From the NCBI RefSeq assembly GCF_004010195.1, contig NC_057719.1:17240893-17304892 (forward strand): a stretch of DNA of 64,000 bases, written 5' to 3'. Every line of letters begins with the position of its first letter. The stretch's first letter is position 1. The stretch comes from Chiloscyllium plagiosum (lineage: Eukaryota). Below the pieces are notes generated by a model. It saw only the letters and a program-made list of their open reading frames with translations. It was not told where the DNA came from and searched no databases. The position numbers and the translations under genes were made by a program. This document shows, in pieces, positions 49,971-63,802 of the stretch.

Positions 49971-50144
49971 AGAGTAGAGCTCCTTTACTGTTAATTTAGT
50001 TTATATGTTGTGCCTTCATAAAACAAGCTTTCATCTTATGTCCTTAAATACTATTACAAAAGTTGTGCTTTAAATAGTAGTCAGTATAATACTCCCAGGA
50101 AAGCTGAGCCAGAGGATTTATTGTTGAACAGGGAAGTGATGGAG

Positions 50145-50295
50145 TTATACAGTAACATAGGAAACTGTTGTCAACACAGGGGGAAAGTGACAGCATTACA
50201 CAGTATCATAGGAAGCTAGTGTCAGCACGGGATGGGAGAGGACGTAAGACTGTTACATAGTTTCATAGGAAACTGACATCAAGGCGGGGGGGGGG
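50145..50295 (+). repeat. Three degenerate ~51-57-bp direct repeats
   Basis: Units start 50145, 50196, 50253, each ttaYaYagt..cataggaa.ct...tca..caY.ggg. Confidence 0.65.
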
Positions 50296-53200
50296 CGAAA
50301 GTAGTGTACTGATGATATGCAAAACGTGGTGCTCCAATGTAAAACGATATCAAGTCAATGCACAGGAAGACTAGATCACAGAGTAGCAATGAAAGTGAGA
50401 ATGTTGCACCATGTATGTGGTGGGTGATCGAGTGTAATTATGTTGTATTCCCAAACTGTGGTAGGTACAACATTTCTCAGCCCTGCTACATTTGATATAT
50501 CAGGCAAAGTGAAGAACAGAAATAGTTGAGTATAATTTGCAGTGGATGGTGACCACAACATTGACTAGCAGGCATGCACGTTGCACAAGATTGGTTTGCC
50601 TAAGTATACCTAGTGGTACCCAGATCAGTGATGGTCCTGTGAGGCAGTGACACAAACGTTTCTAACAGCTGGGGTTTCGACACACCACAAATATGCAAAT
50701 GCAGCATGACCCCTCCTAATCGGATTGTTCTCTTTCTTTTTCTGAAAACTCTCAAACCCTGCTCTTTTCAAGCCAGGTGTTAGGCAATATCAAACGTTAA
50801 TAGCTTCACATTTTGGTATCTTCAAGAGAAACGATTGGCTGACCGAAAGCCAAAAGTCTCTGTTAATTTGTGACCTTTTGGTTCAGACGTTCAGCTGGGT
50901 GCCTTCGTTATTTTATCTTGTCTTATGATCTTTCAGTCGGTGAATGTCTGATCATAAGATTCTTTCAATCATAAATGCAGGTGTTCTGGTTTTTAAATAT
51001 GAATTGAAGTAAAATTGTCAACTTGAGTCAGGCAGGAGGGATAGACAAGGAAGATTGTTTTATTGTTGAAGAGATAGCCATCCAGATGCGACACTCAACA
51101 GCAAAATGTTGCTTCATCTAAATGACTGAATTATGTCAGATTTGTCTAATTGATCAGAATCCAAAGAAATAAAAAAACGTGAAATGTTATGAATATAAAA
51201 AGGCAATTATAATGGTGAGTGATCGACAATGTTCCAGCAATTTCGACCATGACTCATATAACGGCCTGCCAATTGCCAGACTTGCTTTATTGAGGAATCC
51301 AACTCTGAATGATTAGAGGAGCCAAAATGCTGTGACAGCAGTTTCATGAGTTACCAAGGTACAGAGATGAGTGCAGTGTGCTGTGCTCGGGCAGTGCAAA
51401 GAAGCTTTGGTGTAACATATTTTCATCGCTGTGCTCTTCAATTCAAATCCTACTTAAGATTGGGCTTTCTTTAGCTAAGTTCTGTCCAAATTCAACAACA
51501 AATTGAGTTTATGTAGCATCTGCATTGTAATAAACTGGTACTTGCATATTGTAGCCACAATACTCGTGGTTCTCCAGAGATGCCACATTCAAAATAATGT
51601 TTCTCAATCAATAACTCACCAAGTAGCTCATCAATGCTCCTCCAACAGCACTTTCCAAACTCATGAACTCTATCAGCAAGAAAGATAAGGCCGTGTTACT
51701 ACCATCTGCATGTTCCCCTCCATTCCACTCACCCAGCCCAACTTCAAAATCTATCACCATTCCCTCAGTGCCACTAGTCAAACTCCTAGAACTTCCTCCC
51801 TAACAGTTCTGTGGATATTCCTGTAGCAGTTCAAGAAGGCAGCTCATCACCACCTTCTCAAAGGCATCTAGAGATGGGCAATACATGTTAGCATAGCCAG
51901 TGACATGCATAGCCCATAAAAGAATAAAAATGATTCCCATTAATGTTGAATAAATATTTGTCAATTCGTTTTGTCTTGCATTTGACATGACATTGCACAA
52001 GAATTCAAATTCAGTGAAAACCAACATTTGTGCTCATGAGACGAGAGTGCTGACTTGGTTGACAAGTGGACTTTAATGGAAGTAATGCAATGGAGAAAGC
52101 ACTTACTAATGATGATTGATTGTTAACAGCCAGACTTTGCTTAAATTTTAAATCAGGATGGTTGGCTTTCAAGACAATGAAATGAATGAGAAAAGAAAGC
52201 GAATTACTGTTACCTATTTCTTAAGCTGTAACAGCTGCAGTGGATGCACTGGGCTCTATGTATAAATATATGTACATTTCAGTTCTTGCAAGTGCATCAA
52301 TCTGTGAACCCAACTGACAATCCTAAATAGGTTGGCATTTGCTGGATAATCCTGAATGTGTGAGGAATTACCCTGACAAATAATTTAGGATTGTCAGCTA
52401 GAACTGCTGCAACATTCAACTATTTTTCTTAGCAACAACTCAGAGACAATTCACATTTTAACATTTATCCTTTTTAAACTCCCCTCATTTCTAATCTGTG
52501 TGTATGTATATTGTGTTCCCTTTTCTTCTTGTGTTCAGTAATTAATAAACTTGTTTTTTTTCTCATTCAAGAAAGCCTCATTAAATTGACTGTTTTTCAA
52601 GCACAGGCTTATTTGGGTCTGGGAAAAAAAGGTAACCACAAGGAAGGGAAACCTTTCAAAGTAAACCTTGTAGTGATAAACTGAGGGAGTACATGAATAG
52701 CGAAGGGAAGGCATTTGGAACCAAGTCAAATTGGGGAACTCTGCTTGAGAACTGGTCACATACAGCAGAACACTAAAGTCGGTTTTCTCCCTGCCTTAGC
52801 ACCTTTTCCTAGCCAGCTAAATCTCTCCAAGGCTCGACAGTGGAGATGTACATTTAATGGTTTTAGAAGCTGCAAGGGTGCTAATGAAGGCGAGACCAGG
52901 GTTTAGTCAAAACAATTTTCACCTGCTTTCTTTACTGGGGAGATTAATGTCAATGGTTGCAGAAAGAGATATTCGCAGCCCATGAAAACAGCAAACACAA
53001 AATGGACTAGTTGGGGAACCGGATTTCTGGCAATTTAAAGAAATCAAAATGTGGCCCTTTGCACCGTGAAACATGCCTCTGAACCCTTCAAAAATTCAGC
53101 CCATCATTTTCAGTGTAAAGTTATCATTTTACACATAAACCATCATGATGACCCATAACCATCCATTGAGATATCAATGCACGCATATTCCAAGTCATTG

Positions 53201-53954
53201 TGACTGATGAAAGTAAAAGCATGATTCTGACAGGGCCTACAGTTTTTCACCAGCTTTCATAAATTACAGAAAATAATTGTCTTGTGTTAGTATTATCAGC
53301 CTTGCTTCTGTTAGTCCACAAAACTGCACTGAGCCTCTCAGTCTCCAATCTCAGCACAAGTTGATATAAGTCTATTATAATCTGATTATGTGAGCCAGTA
53401 CCAGTAATAAAAAGGAGTGTTGTAACTAGAGATTCCTAATAAACATCTGTTCATGCCAGAAGCATAAAAGAATGAGGGACACTGGGACAGATAAACAGAA
53501 GAGGATCTGGGACTGGTGCTCTGAATATCTGAAATCATTTTAACCCCTTCTTCCATCCAGTCATTTTTCACGTTCATTTTGCTTCTTCCTGGATTGTGTT
53601 TTAACTTCAGAGCAATTTCTTTTTAATATTATTTAACTACCAACAGTGAATTAATAGCAGTCCCCTTCATTTTAATAGCCAGCACTATTCACCGTGCTTT
53701 TAATGCCATAAAATGAATGCAGGAGTGTAATTACCTATGAAACAAAATAAAATCACCATCATTCTTGAATGATGAGTGACTATTAGGGACATGAGATTAT
53801 GTTATCGTGTCCCTATCCTCTCCAAAGCCTCATCCTCACAATTAGTGCATTTTAAGTATCCATATGCACATATCCTTTCACAGAAGGGAAGTGGAGAATC
53901 AAACTTAACTCTGTTTATAACTGCTACCAAATGTGAGTTGTATTGCTGATATTG

Positions 53955-54885
53955 CTTATGAGATTTATGAGATTATTGTATTTGGGAAATATGCCTTTAC
54001 CTTAAGGTAAAATGTGGGGTAAGGGGGATATCAGACATGTTCTGAAATCTGCTTGACAACAGTCTTGGGGCAATTAAATATTAAACAGAGGTCCAGATTA
54101 TATTACTGGGGGGAGGAGAATTGCTTAAGGAACACACAATTGGAGACAATTACAGTAGGCTTGGAGCTTACAATAAGTAGGCTGTGAGGTACCCAAGATC
54201 TCAAAATGATATTGGAAGTACCTCATTATAAACAGTTAGACTAGCTGTCTGTTTACTTCAAAGAAAAAGGAGTGTTCTGATTAAAAATAGTTTTCAGCAA
54301 TTCTATCTCAACATAAGTTAATGAGCTACGCTTTGCCTTGGGGGAAATGTAGATAAGCTACTTTTGCAATCAGGCTACAGGCTTCCCTACAAGTAAATAA
54401 CTATCACTGGCAGACAGTAATTCAGTGTAGGCCACTGAGAGAAGAGGTTGCTTAGCTTTGTGAACTGCTGCAGCAGGACACAGGAGGGTAATGTTTTCCA
54501 GTTAAAGATCTACACCCTGCAGACATTTAAGAATTCATGAGATCCACATTGATATTGCCAAAGGAAAAGAATGCTTGTAGGATAGTCTCTTACGAGAGGA
54601 AGTACCAGATGTGGTCACTCAAAGTTACCACTCAGGGGAATGGGAGAATGCACACCATTGGAAACTGAAAGCAGCTATGGTATGTGTTAAATATAAAGGG
54701 GATAATGTCCCATTCTGTGGTTTAAAGTCTATGTTTCATATGAAGGTATTTCATTTAATAGTGTCATAGTCATTTGTTGTCATTAACATCCTAAAAATAT
54801 GAAATCCTGATGTAATTTTTCTTCAGCTATAAATTGGAAAGTTTAATTATTTTTTAAAGGATAGTCCCTCTTGATGATCATAACA
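53955..54885 (+). mobile_element. Putative solo LTR, related to 2094-3232
   Basis: Shared 3' terminus aaaa..tgaaatc.tg..tgtaat..ttc.agc...ggaa.gttt.a..t.tttt..aaa...cataacaacat; 5' limit uncertain. Confidence 0.4.
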
Positions 54886-55335
54886 ACATAAACAGACTAT
54901 TCAGATTGCTTTCCAAAAGAGAGCAGCACATCAGAATGGATTCATGAGGAGTAATTGAAACATTTACACAGAATAAGTATTTAAAGGAAAGAATAGGTGT
55001 AGATAGACGTGATTAGTGAGAAAATTGAATGGCGAAGGTACTATAATTCTTCAGTGTTGGTTCTCAATAACATCAAGTGAAATATATCATGGAGGACACA
55101 CTTATCATATACTGACAGCACTGAAAACACTTTGGTCTTAGGATTATATTTTAATAAGAATGTGATCTATTCATCTAATAAGATGCAAAAACTCATCCAA
55201 ATATTTGGAACATTTCAATAGTTTAAAAGAGAATTTTCACCTTTCATCCTGACACAGTCTGCAAGATACATCAATGTTGCCAATTTGCATCCATCTCCTC
55301 ACTTTTGATGATGTTGATCACTTCCTTAAGTGCAA

Positions 55336-55542
55336 AGTCACATGACACCAGGTTATAGTCCAACGGGTTTATATGAAATCATTTCAGAGCGTAGCTCCTT
55401 CTTCAGGTGAAGAACTTTACCTGACAAAACAGCAGCGCTCCAAAGGCTGGTGATTTCCAATAAACCTGTTGGACTATAACCTGGTGTCATGTGACTTCTG
55501 ACTTTGTCCACCCCAGTCCAACACCAGCACCTCCACATCATG
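55336..55542 (+). mobile_element. PLE hairpin micro-insertion (second family)
   Basis: aagtcacatgacaccaggttatagtccaac / gttggactataacctggtgtcatgtgactt inverted arms with decayed hammerhead halves between them. Confidence 0.8.
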
Positions 55543-57669
55543 TCTTGTATAAGTGGATTTCTCATCTCTCCTATTTTGGAGTTAGTGCACATTACTGACA
55601 TACATAGTGGCTTGACCAAGAAATTTGACATGAGCAGGAACGCAGAGTGAATAGAATAGAATAGTAATTCATTGTCACTGGTATTTTTTATGAAACAAAG
55701 TCCAGTGAAAAGTGTTTAAGTTGCCGTACCACAGTACCTATATTAATAATAGAAGACATAGAGTCATAAAAAATTTTTAAAAATTAAGATAAAGTCTAAG
55801 TTAGTTCAATTCACAGTCCCTGGATTCAGGAAAAGATAGTACTGCTGCAGAAAGGTGATGAAGCCATCAGTGAGGGTGAAGACTACCAAGGTGGGCCACT
55901 GAAATACTGGGCCAGAAACCACCACCAAAACAACCTCCTATTATGTGCCCCACACCCTATTCAGTGCCACTGACATAGATTTAAAATCGGTGAATTGCAT
56001 AAAAGGCAGTAATTTGGATTCCATTTGTTTTACATCCCTCTTTATGTTGAATTTCATCAGTACAGATCTGTATGACAAAATTGTGGGTTTTTTTCTCAAA
56101 AAGCAAGTAAACGTACAAAGCAACAGTTATGATCAGGCTCACTTAATTCATTCAGTGCCACTTGGCTTTTCATAACAATACAAAATGTCAAAGAAATTGT
56201 AGCTCCACATCACCTCGCTTGACTGAAGCAAAATTACTTTCACCTGCACCCCCGAATGTTTAAAATAAGGTCTCATTCCTTATTTGATCTCTCTTTATTC
56301 ACATCTCAATGGAAGAGTCAAAGCCACATGAACCTTGCTGAATGGTTGGGACAGTTGACTGTCCCACCAAATAGGGTTGAGACATTTATCAATTACCCAG
56401 AAGGTTGAGGAATTTGACTGAGAATGTACACATTATCAATGGGACATTCTTAGCAGACAGGAATACAAAGGACATCAAGAGAGGGGAGGGCAATGGTAGC
56501 TGGGAGAGGCAATGAAGTCTAATGGGACATCTGTACCCACATCAGCTGGTAAGAGTGGGCCACCAGAGTAGGACCAACATGACTGCTGGTAAGGGAAGTT
56601 ACTGGAACACAACAGGGGTGTGAATGGAAAGAGAAGCTTATGTCCTGGCAGCAGCAAGGAAATCGAGGTGGTGGTCAGCAAGAAGAGGGAAGTCAGTAGA
56701 GAGAAGAATGAAGATCAATAGGGTGAACCAGGTAAACATGGAGGGTGGGTGTTGAGGGAGGTCTCTCCATTCCAAAGATAGCAAATGAACTAGCTCAAAT
56801 CTGTGAAAATAGCTTAATCCAATTTTTAGAAAGAACAATTAGGTTTCAAGAAAGAGAGAAACTTGCTGAATTGACAAACAAAATGGCAGCAGAGCTGAGT
56901 AACAATGCTACCAAGCATTGACATAATTGTGATAATAAGTACAGATTAGGATATTCCGATCTAGGTATAGCAACATCATACATTAAAAGTCACAGAAGCA
57001 AGTATTATTCATAATCATACTGACATTATTAAGCACCATGCTTAGGGTAGTGGGCATAGTATGGGAAAAATACATTAAAGTGGATGATCAGCCATGATGT
57101 TATTGAATGGTAGAGTAGACTTAACAGTCTGAATGGCCTACTCCTGCTCCTATGTTCCATAGCAAAGAATGACCCAGGAAGTAATTTGACAACAGGACTT
57201 CTATGCTGTTACAAAAATTATTATGTTTTACACATTTAATATTATGATGTAATCTAGAGAACATTTTGTTCCATTGCAGTTCCAGTCAACTTCTCTGATT
57301 GCAGTTTTCAATGTCTGGCTATAATCTGCTTTTGTGAAACTTGCCCCGTGGAAATTCCACCCCCTTGTCCACTCCAAAGTAGAAGTGCGACAGCATCACC
57401 AGTGGCAGGAAAGTGCAATGACAGAATGTCAACTGTACAGAGGAAGTTCTCATTATAAACTTAGATGCAGGCATTTTTATAGCAATACCTAAGAATAAGG
57501 ACAAACGATATCATGTCAAAATGGGGATTTAACTATGTCAAACACATACAGTTCCAAGAAATTCATCCACCACCTCCACCTGGAAAGCTCAATTGAATTG
57601 TCAATTATTATACGTAGAAGCATTAAACTGATACTTACAGCCTAAGAAATTAGTTCTGTCTATTGTTGT

Positions 57670-58085
57670 CTCAATGGTTGTCCTCTTGCCTCTGAGTCAG
57701 AAGACGGGGTTTCCTGCCCTCTTCCAGTGATAAGTAGGTACTCTGGGCTGATGCTTCAATGTAATACCAAGGGAGGGATGCATTGTCAGTGAGTCCACAT
57801 TGTCAGTGAGTCCATCTTTCACACTAGGTGTTAAGTTGAGGGTCCTGTCTGACCTCTCTTTAATAAATGTCTGGGTACCCCTGCTACCCTGATCGACACT
57901 GAGCAACCCCCCACCTTCTTCCCCACCAACCACCCCACTATAATCCAATGTGATCAGTCTCATTGTTGATTCGAGAATTGTATTGTTACAGGTTGGTTTC
58001 CAATTCAAAAGCACTCTTTTGCAAGGTTAAGCAACGTGAAATGTCCTGAGGATAGGAAAGGTGAATGACACCATGCCATTGAATT
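57670..58085 (+). mobile_element. Deu-domain SINE (old)
   Basis: ctcttgcctctgagtcagaag head; gggagggatgcattgtcag..catcttt..gttaagttgagggtcctgtctg core; 17-bp tandem duplication cattgtcagtgagtcca at 57781-57814. Confidence 0.6.
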
Positions 58086-59479
58086 TCGTCTTTCATTCTA
58101 TCTGCTGTCAAGTGCAGCATCATGCATTGTAAATTCTTCAGAATTATCTCCACCCCTTCTCCTTACGACACGTAAATATGGTTGTCCTTTAGTGTAAAAG
58201 GTTAGAGTAAACTTTGTTAGTACACTTTTCAGAAATGCAAAGGAAGGGCTCATGAATAGCCCTATCAAATGGCACATGCTCAGAACAACCTGCTCACTAA
58301 CATTCTGTTTGAGTTCTGCCAGGGCCACTCAGCTCCTGACCTCATTACAACCTTGGCTAAAACAGGGACAAAAAGAACTGAACCCCAGAGAAGAGTTGAG
58401 AATGACTGCACTTGACATAAAGGCTGCATTTGATCAAGTGTGGCATCAAGGAGAACCTCACAACCCTGGAGTTAATGGGAATAGACAAAAATATTGACTT
58501 TGTCAGTGACACCCTTATCCCATGAATGAATTGAAAAACTAAATATTTCATTTCTAGTTTCAAAAGAAATTGCTTCTTCTATACAAAAAAATTGGAAGTT
58601 TTACAAAGATGTTCAGACGTTAGCTCAATATAGAAATTAACTTTCAATTATTTGGATTTTATTAGATATTGTTCACAATTCTGATATTCTTTCTAATTAA
58701 AAAGGTTTTCTAACTGAGCTGGTTGAAGATGAATTTCCATCTTGGACAATCACAATGCCATGTTTTCTTCCTTTTGCAACATATCATCCTATCATCTCCA
58801 CAGTAAGACAAGAGGAGAACCATGTAACATCTGTTAGGATTTCCGTGTAGTTTCCACCGGAAAACTGAGAAAACATCAACAGAAAGACAACCGCAAAGAG
58901 TATAATCTCGCACTGAGAAAAATACCAGGAACATTTTACTGCTTTTTCCTTCTATTAAAGATCCCTTAGTATTGATAGTAGCCCTTTACATCACAATTTA
59001 AGAAAGAGGAAGGGATGTAACCACAATTCTCTCTGTTGTGTAAATAAACCTTTAAAGCATTTTCATTACTGTGAAGTACTAATCTCCACCCAAAAAGAGC
59101 TCAATAAAATTACTAATAGGATCTGACTGTACCTAATATATTTTATTGGCTTATTTTAGTACTCAAATGTCAGTGGTGTGACACACATTACCCACCCGGT
59201 ATTGCACTGAGAATTTGATAGAAGCTCTTTTTCTTGTAATGATTTATTATGAAACTGAATTCCTTCCTTTTTTGTCTTTATCCTTACATGAGATGTTGGC
59301 ATCAGTGACAAGAACAGCATTTATTGCCCATCCCAACTCACCCTTGAACTCAGTAGTTTGCGAGGCCATTTTAGGTAGCAATTAAAAATCACATCTCCCA
59401 ACAGAATACCTATCTATTATTCTTCTTTCTCTCTCCCCCCATTTAATCAATTACTAAGGCAATGTGGAGGGCATTAACA

Positions 59480-60655
59480 TGAATATAGGTTTGCTCACTG
59501 AGCTGCAAGGTTTGTTTTCAGACGTTTCATCATCATACTCGATAACATCATCAGTGAGCCTCCGGTGAAGCCCTTTCTATTTATGTTTTTAGATTTCCTT
59601 GGTATGGTGATGTCATTTCCTGTGTTGATGATGACATTTCCTGTATTGGTGACATCATTTCTTGTTCTTTTTCTCAGAAGGTGGTAGAAGGGGTCCAAAT
59701 TGATGTGTTTGCTGAGAGAGTTCCGGTTGGAATGCCATGCTTCTAGGAACTCTTGTACGTGTCTCTGTTCGAGAATGGATGTGTTGTCCCAGTCAAAGTG
59801 GTGTCCTTCCTCATCTGTAAGGATAATAGTGAGAGTGGGTCATGTCCTTTTGTGGCTAGTTGATGTTCATGTATCTGGTGGCTGGTTTTCTGCCTGTTTG
59901 TCCAATGTAGTGTTTGTTCCAGTTCTTGCAAGGTATTTTGTAACTATGTTTATTTTGCTTGTTGTCTGTCTGGGATCTTTTAAGTTCATTAGCTGCTGTT
60001 TTAGTGTAGATTTGTGGGCTACCATGATGCCAAGGGGTCTGAGTAGTCTGGCAGTCACTTCTGAGATGTTTTTGATGTAGGGGAGAGTGGCTAGGGTTTC
60101 TAGGCACGTTTTGTCTGCTTGTTTGGGTTTGTTGCTGAGAAATCGGCAAACTGTATTCATTGGGTACCCATTCTTTTTGAAGACTCTATGTAGGTGATTT
60201 TCCTCTGCTCTTCGTAGTTCCTCTGTGCTGCAGTGTACGGTGGCTCATTGAAATAATGTTCTAATGCAGCTTGGTTTGTGGGGGTTGTTGGGATGATTGC
60301 TTCTATAGTTCAGTATTTGGTCCGTATGTGTTGTTTTCCTGTAGAGGCTGGTTAGAAGTTCCCGATTGATTTCTCGCTCTACTGTGACAACAAGAAATGG
60401 CAGTTTGTTGTTATTTTCCTCCTCTTTTGTGAATTTTATGTCAGTAAGGATATTATTGACCGTCTTGATGGTTTCCTCTAATTTGTTTCGTTAAATGATG
60501 ACAAAGAAGTCATCCACGTAGCAGATCCAAAGTTTGGGTTGGATGGTTGACAGAGTTGTTTGTCAAGTCTCTGCATTAATACCTCTACTAAGAACCCTGT
60601 TATCGGAGATCCCATAGGTGTTCTGTTGGTTTGTCTGTAGGTTTTGTTACTGAAA
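59480..60655 (-). mobile_element. Penelope-like element (Poseidon type), 5'-truncated: RT C-terminus, GIY-YIG and pLTR
   Basis: FSNKTYRQTNRTPMGSP, PKLWICYVDDFFVII, TLPYIKNISEVTARLLRPLGI, YKIPCKNWNKHYIGQTGRK; frameshifted. Confidence 0.92.
59518..59557 (-). ncRNA. Minimal hammerhead ribozyme in the PLE 3' pLTR
   Basis: TCA-CTGATGA-T-GTTATC(GAGTAT)GATGAT-GAAA-CG-TC/TGA; stem II closing pair is G-U. Confidence 0.7.
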
Positions 60656-60947
60656 TTGACTGGATTCATTAACATGTTGGATTCATATGTGGTCAGGCCA
60701 GTTGGGATGTGCAGATTCCCTTTACAAGTTACACACAACAGATATGAAATTTGTGCTGTTATTGTGATAAGGACTGATGCTAAGCACATTACCTTTGCTG
60801 TCAATGCAACATGCAAAGGTGTCTGACTATAAACAGACACTCCAGCTTGCCACCCAGCAGCTGGTATGACTTTCACTTTACCTGAAATTTTTGTTGTTTC
60901 CAGTAATAACATAATCCTACTGTACATTAGTTTTATGCTAGGATCCA

Positions 60948-61095
60948 GGGAAACAGAGAATAGGAATAGATGGCTTTTTCTTGGGTTGGCAGGCTGTTAC
61001 TGGTGGGGTACCACAAGGATCAGTTCTTGATTCCTAGCTATTTAAAATCCATATAAATGATTTTGATGTGAGGACCAAATGTAAGGTTGCCAAGT
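60948..61095 (+). mobile_element. CR1 RT fragment
   Basis: KQRIGIDGFFLGWQAVTGGVPQGSVL..FKIHINDFD. Confidence 0.75.
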
Positions 61096-63614
61096 TTTCT
61101 TCTAACTGTTGTGACTGTGTTAAAAATGGAATATCAATTTTTGACTGCCATCGTCTGATTTTAATTCCTGGGACATATCTTGGACTAAAAGGATCACCTG
61201 GCCTGGTTGAGCCAAACTTAAGAAACCAAAATAAAGAAGATTAATGGGTGGGTTTTGTGGTAAATTTAAATCTGGCTTTATGCCTGCATTGCTCCAAAGT
61301 CCACTAAAGATCAACTTCAACTGCTCCTCGGATGCTGTCTGAACTGCTGTGCTCTTCCAGCACCACTAATCCAGAATTCAGGAATGCCACATATTTGAAA
61401 TTCTCATTCTAGTGATCAAATCCTTGAAAATTTCTGTTGCCTCTTACAATCCCTCTGAGATATAAGCATTCTTCCAGTACTGCCTCTTAGGCATCTTTGA
61501 CTTATTTTGCCTCATCTTCATTCTTTCAATTATCTCGAAGCTCTGACATTTCACCCCAAAAACTTCAACTTCTCTCTCTTTCTCTTGATCCTTACTTTCG
61601 TGACTAGGCTTTTGCTCACTTGTTCTAATAGCTCCTAACATGGTTCAGTGTCTAATTTTGTTTGGTAATGCCAAAAATACACTTTGGAATGTTTTGCTAC
61701 ATTAGTGTACTACATGAATGCAAGTTGTGTTCTTTTTCAGACAAACATAGCTTCAAGTAGCTACTTCTTGTGTGATACTGCTCTTGTAGATCAGAATGCA
61801 GATTACAGGATTTTTTTTGTGCAAAGCTTTGAAAGATGCATAAAATTCAGTGTGAATATTGTTACAAGTTAAAATTGTATCACCATATTTTTGTTGATCC
61901 AGCCTTGTTTACAAACAAGGATGGAAGTCAGGAACAAATTGTGTCTGGATGATAGTTTGTTTACACAGTAAAAGGAATTTGTTTCTGCTGTATCAAGGGT
62001 TGCTTGTTAAGTGGATGTGGCTGTAATCTAAACAGGGAAAATTATTATTTATACTCTAACAGGTCTACAGAAAGCGATCTCTGGTGAACCCAACCCAGCA
62101 CATCTCAATTTACTGAATTAGCAATCTCAGTGGACACTGTCCACACCAAACACGTTTAAGAATCATTAATCAATTAAAGCTTAAGAATTAAAATCATGTG
62201 GATTCAGAACCATTTCACCTTTACTTGAAAGATGTGCATCAGGTGAGTTTGGGTCTTCTCACATTGTAGTAACCTATTAGGAAAGAAGTTTTTGTCTTGC
62301 CCCTTAGGTTTTGAACTTCAGGAGTTGGCACAAAATAAAGTAAGAAACTGGGTGGGCTTTTGCATTGGCTTGACTTGACGCTCATCCCATTGACTTGGTC
62401 CTCATGCATTAATTCAGATTTCACTTCCGTGCTAATATTTGTGAACTTTTTCTTAAATTTTCAATGCACTGTTAACTGGAAGAGATTCCTCCCCATTAAT
62501 GGATTGTCTTTTTGGGAATAATAGGATCATTTGTTTCTCTGAGATGCATGTGATGTGTCAGATTTTGGCTTCAAGACAAATCCAGGTTACTTTAAAAATT
62601 GTGCGTCTCATGCTGTCAGTTCTCTCAATGTTCAGATCAGGGAGTTTAATTCTGAAATGATTTGTACTAAAAGAACCTGAGTATTAAAACATTATGTGTT
62701 AACAACCAACTATTAAAAATTATCATTTTAAACAGGTTAGGCCACTTTGGTAATCTAGCTTAAAGTATTAATTGCTATTTAGTTCATAGGATCAGAATGC
62801 ATATCTGGAATTTATATAGGATGGATCACTACTGTGGAGGAGAATTCTGTATTGTTGGACACAAACATTTTCACTGCAGATAATCTGAATCATAAAATGT
62901 TCTCTTTTCAAAAAATGTGGCTTTATAACCATTGATGAATACCACTTCTTCTAGCTCCTTCTGGGTAGAGCTCACTGTAAACGGTTATGTACTTTATACA
63001 AGTTCAACATAACTCCTGCATCATAAAGCTAATATTTTGAAATGTTGCAATTCTGTAAAACGTTACACGCAACAGCTCTCAGGCACGACAAAACCACAAC
63101 AAAGCAACTCGACCAAGAATGCAACGGCAAAGAAAATCCCCTCACTGGCGGAAAAAATTGCAATGTTGCTGGCTAATTTCACCACAAGACAGTAACGTGT
63201 ACTTAAGAGCAAGACATTTGTCTGTCAGGTAGCTATTTTCACACATTGCCTTCTGCAATAACATACTGTTCAACATTAATAAGGTGTATTATCATGCAAG
63301 GACATGCAGTAAGGTGGCTGCAGGAACTGACTTCATAAGATTGACTCACCTAAGTCTCAATTCCATTCCCAATGGTCATGAATCCATGGTGCAAAACCCA
63401 GTGTCATAATAGTCTCCTTTAAGTATTTTTGGAACACATCCTTCGCCCTCCAGAGATAATCAGACTACAAAAAATTTACATGGAACTCACCTGGATGATT
63501 GATTGCTTGAGGCAACACACTCTTGCAGCATTGTTGGAAAAAAGCAGGAGACTGACACTAACTTGAGTTGAAATACTTGCACAGACTTGATGGGTTGAAT
63601 AGCCTCCTTTTGTT

Positions 63615-63802
63615 TAGATTAGATGAGATTGGATTCCCTACAGTGTGGAAACAGGCCCTTCGGCCCAACAAGTCCACACCGACCCTCCGAAGAGTAACCC
63701 ACCCAGACCCATTCCCCCCTGACTAATGTACCTAACACTGTTGGCAATTTAGCATGGCCAGTTCACCTAACCTGCACATCTTTGGACTGTGGTAGGAAAC
63801 CG
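63615..63802 (-). mobile_element. HE1 V-SINE 3' half
   Basis: tagattagat..ccctacagtgtggaaacaggcccttcggcccaacaagtccacaccgacc..cacatctttggactgtgg. Confidence 0.88.
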
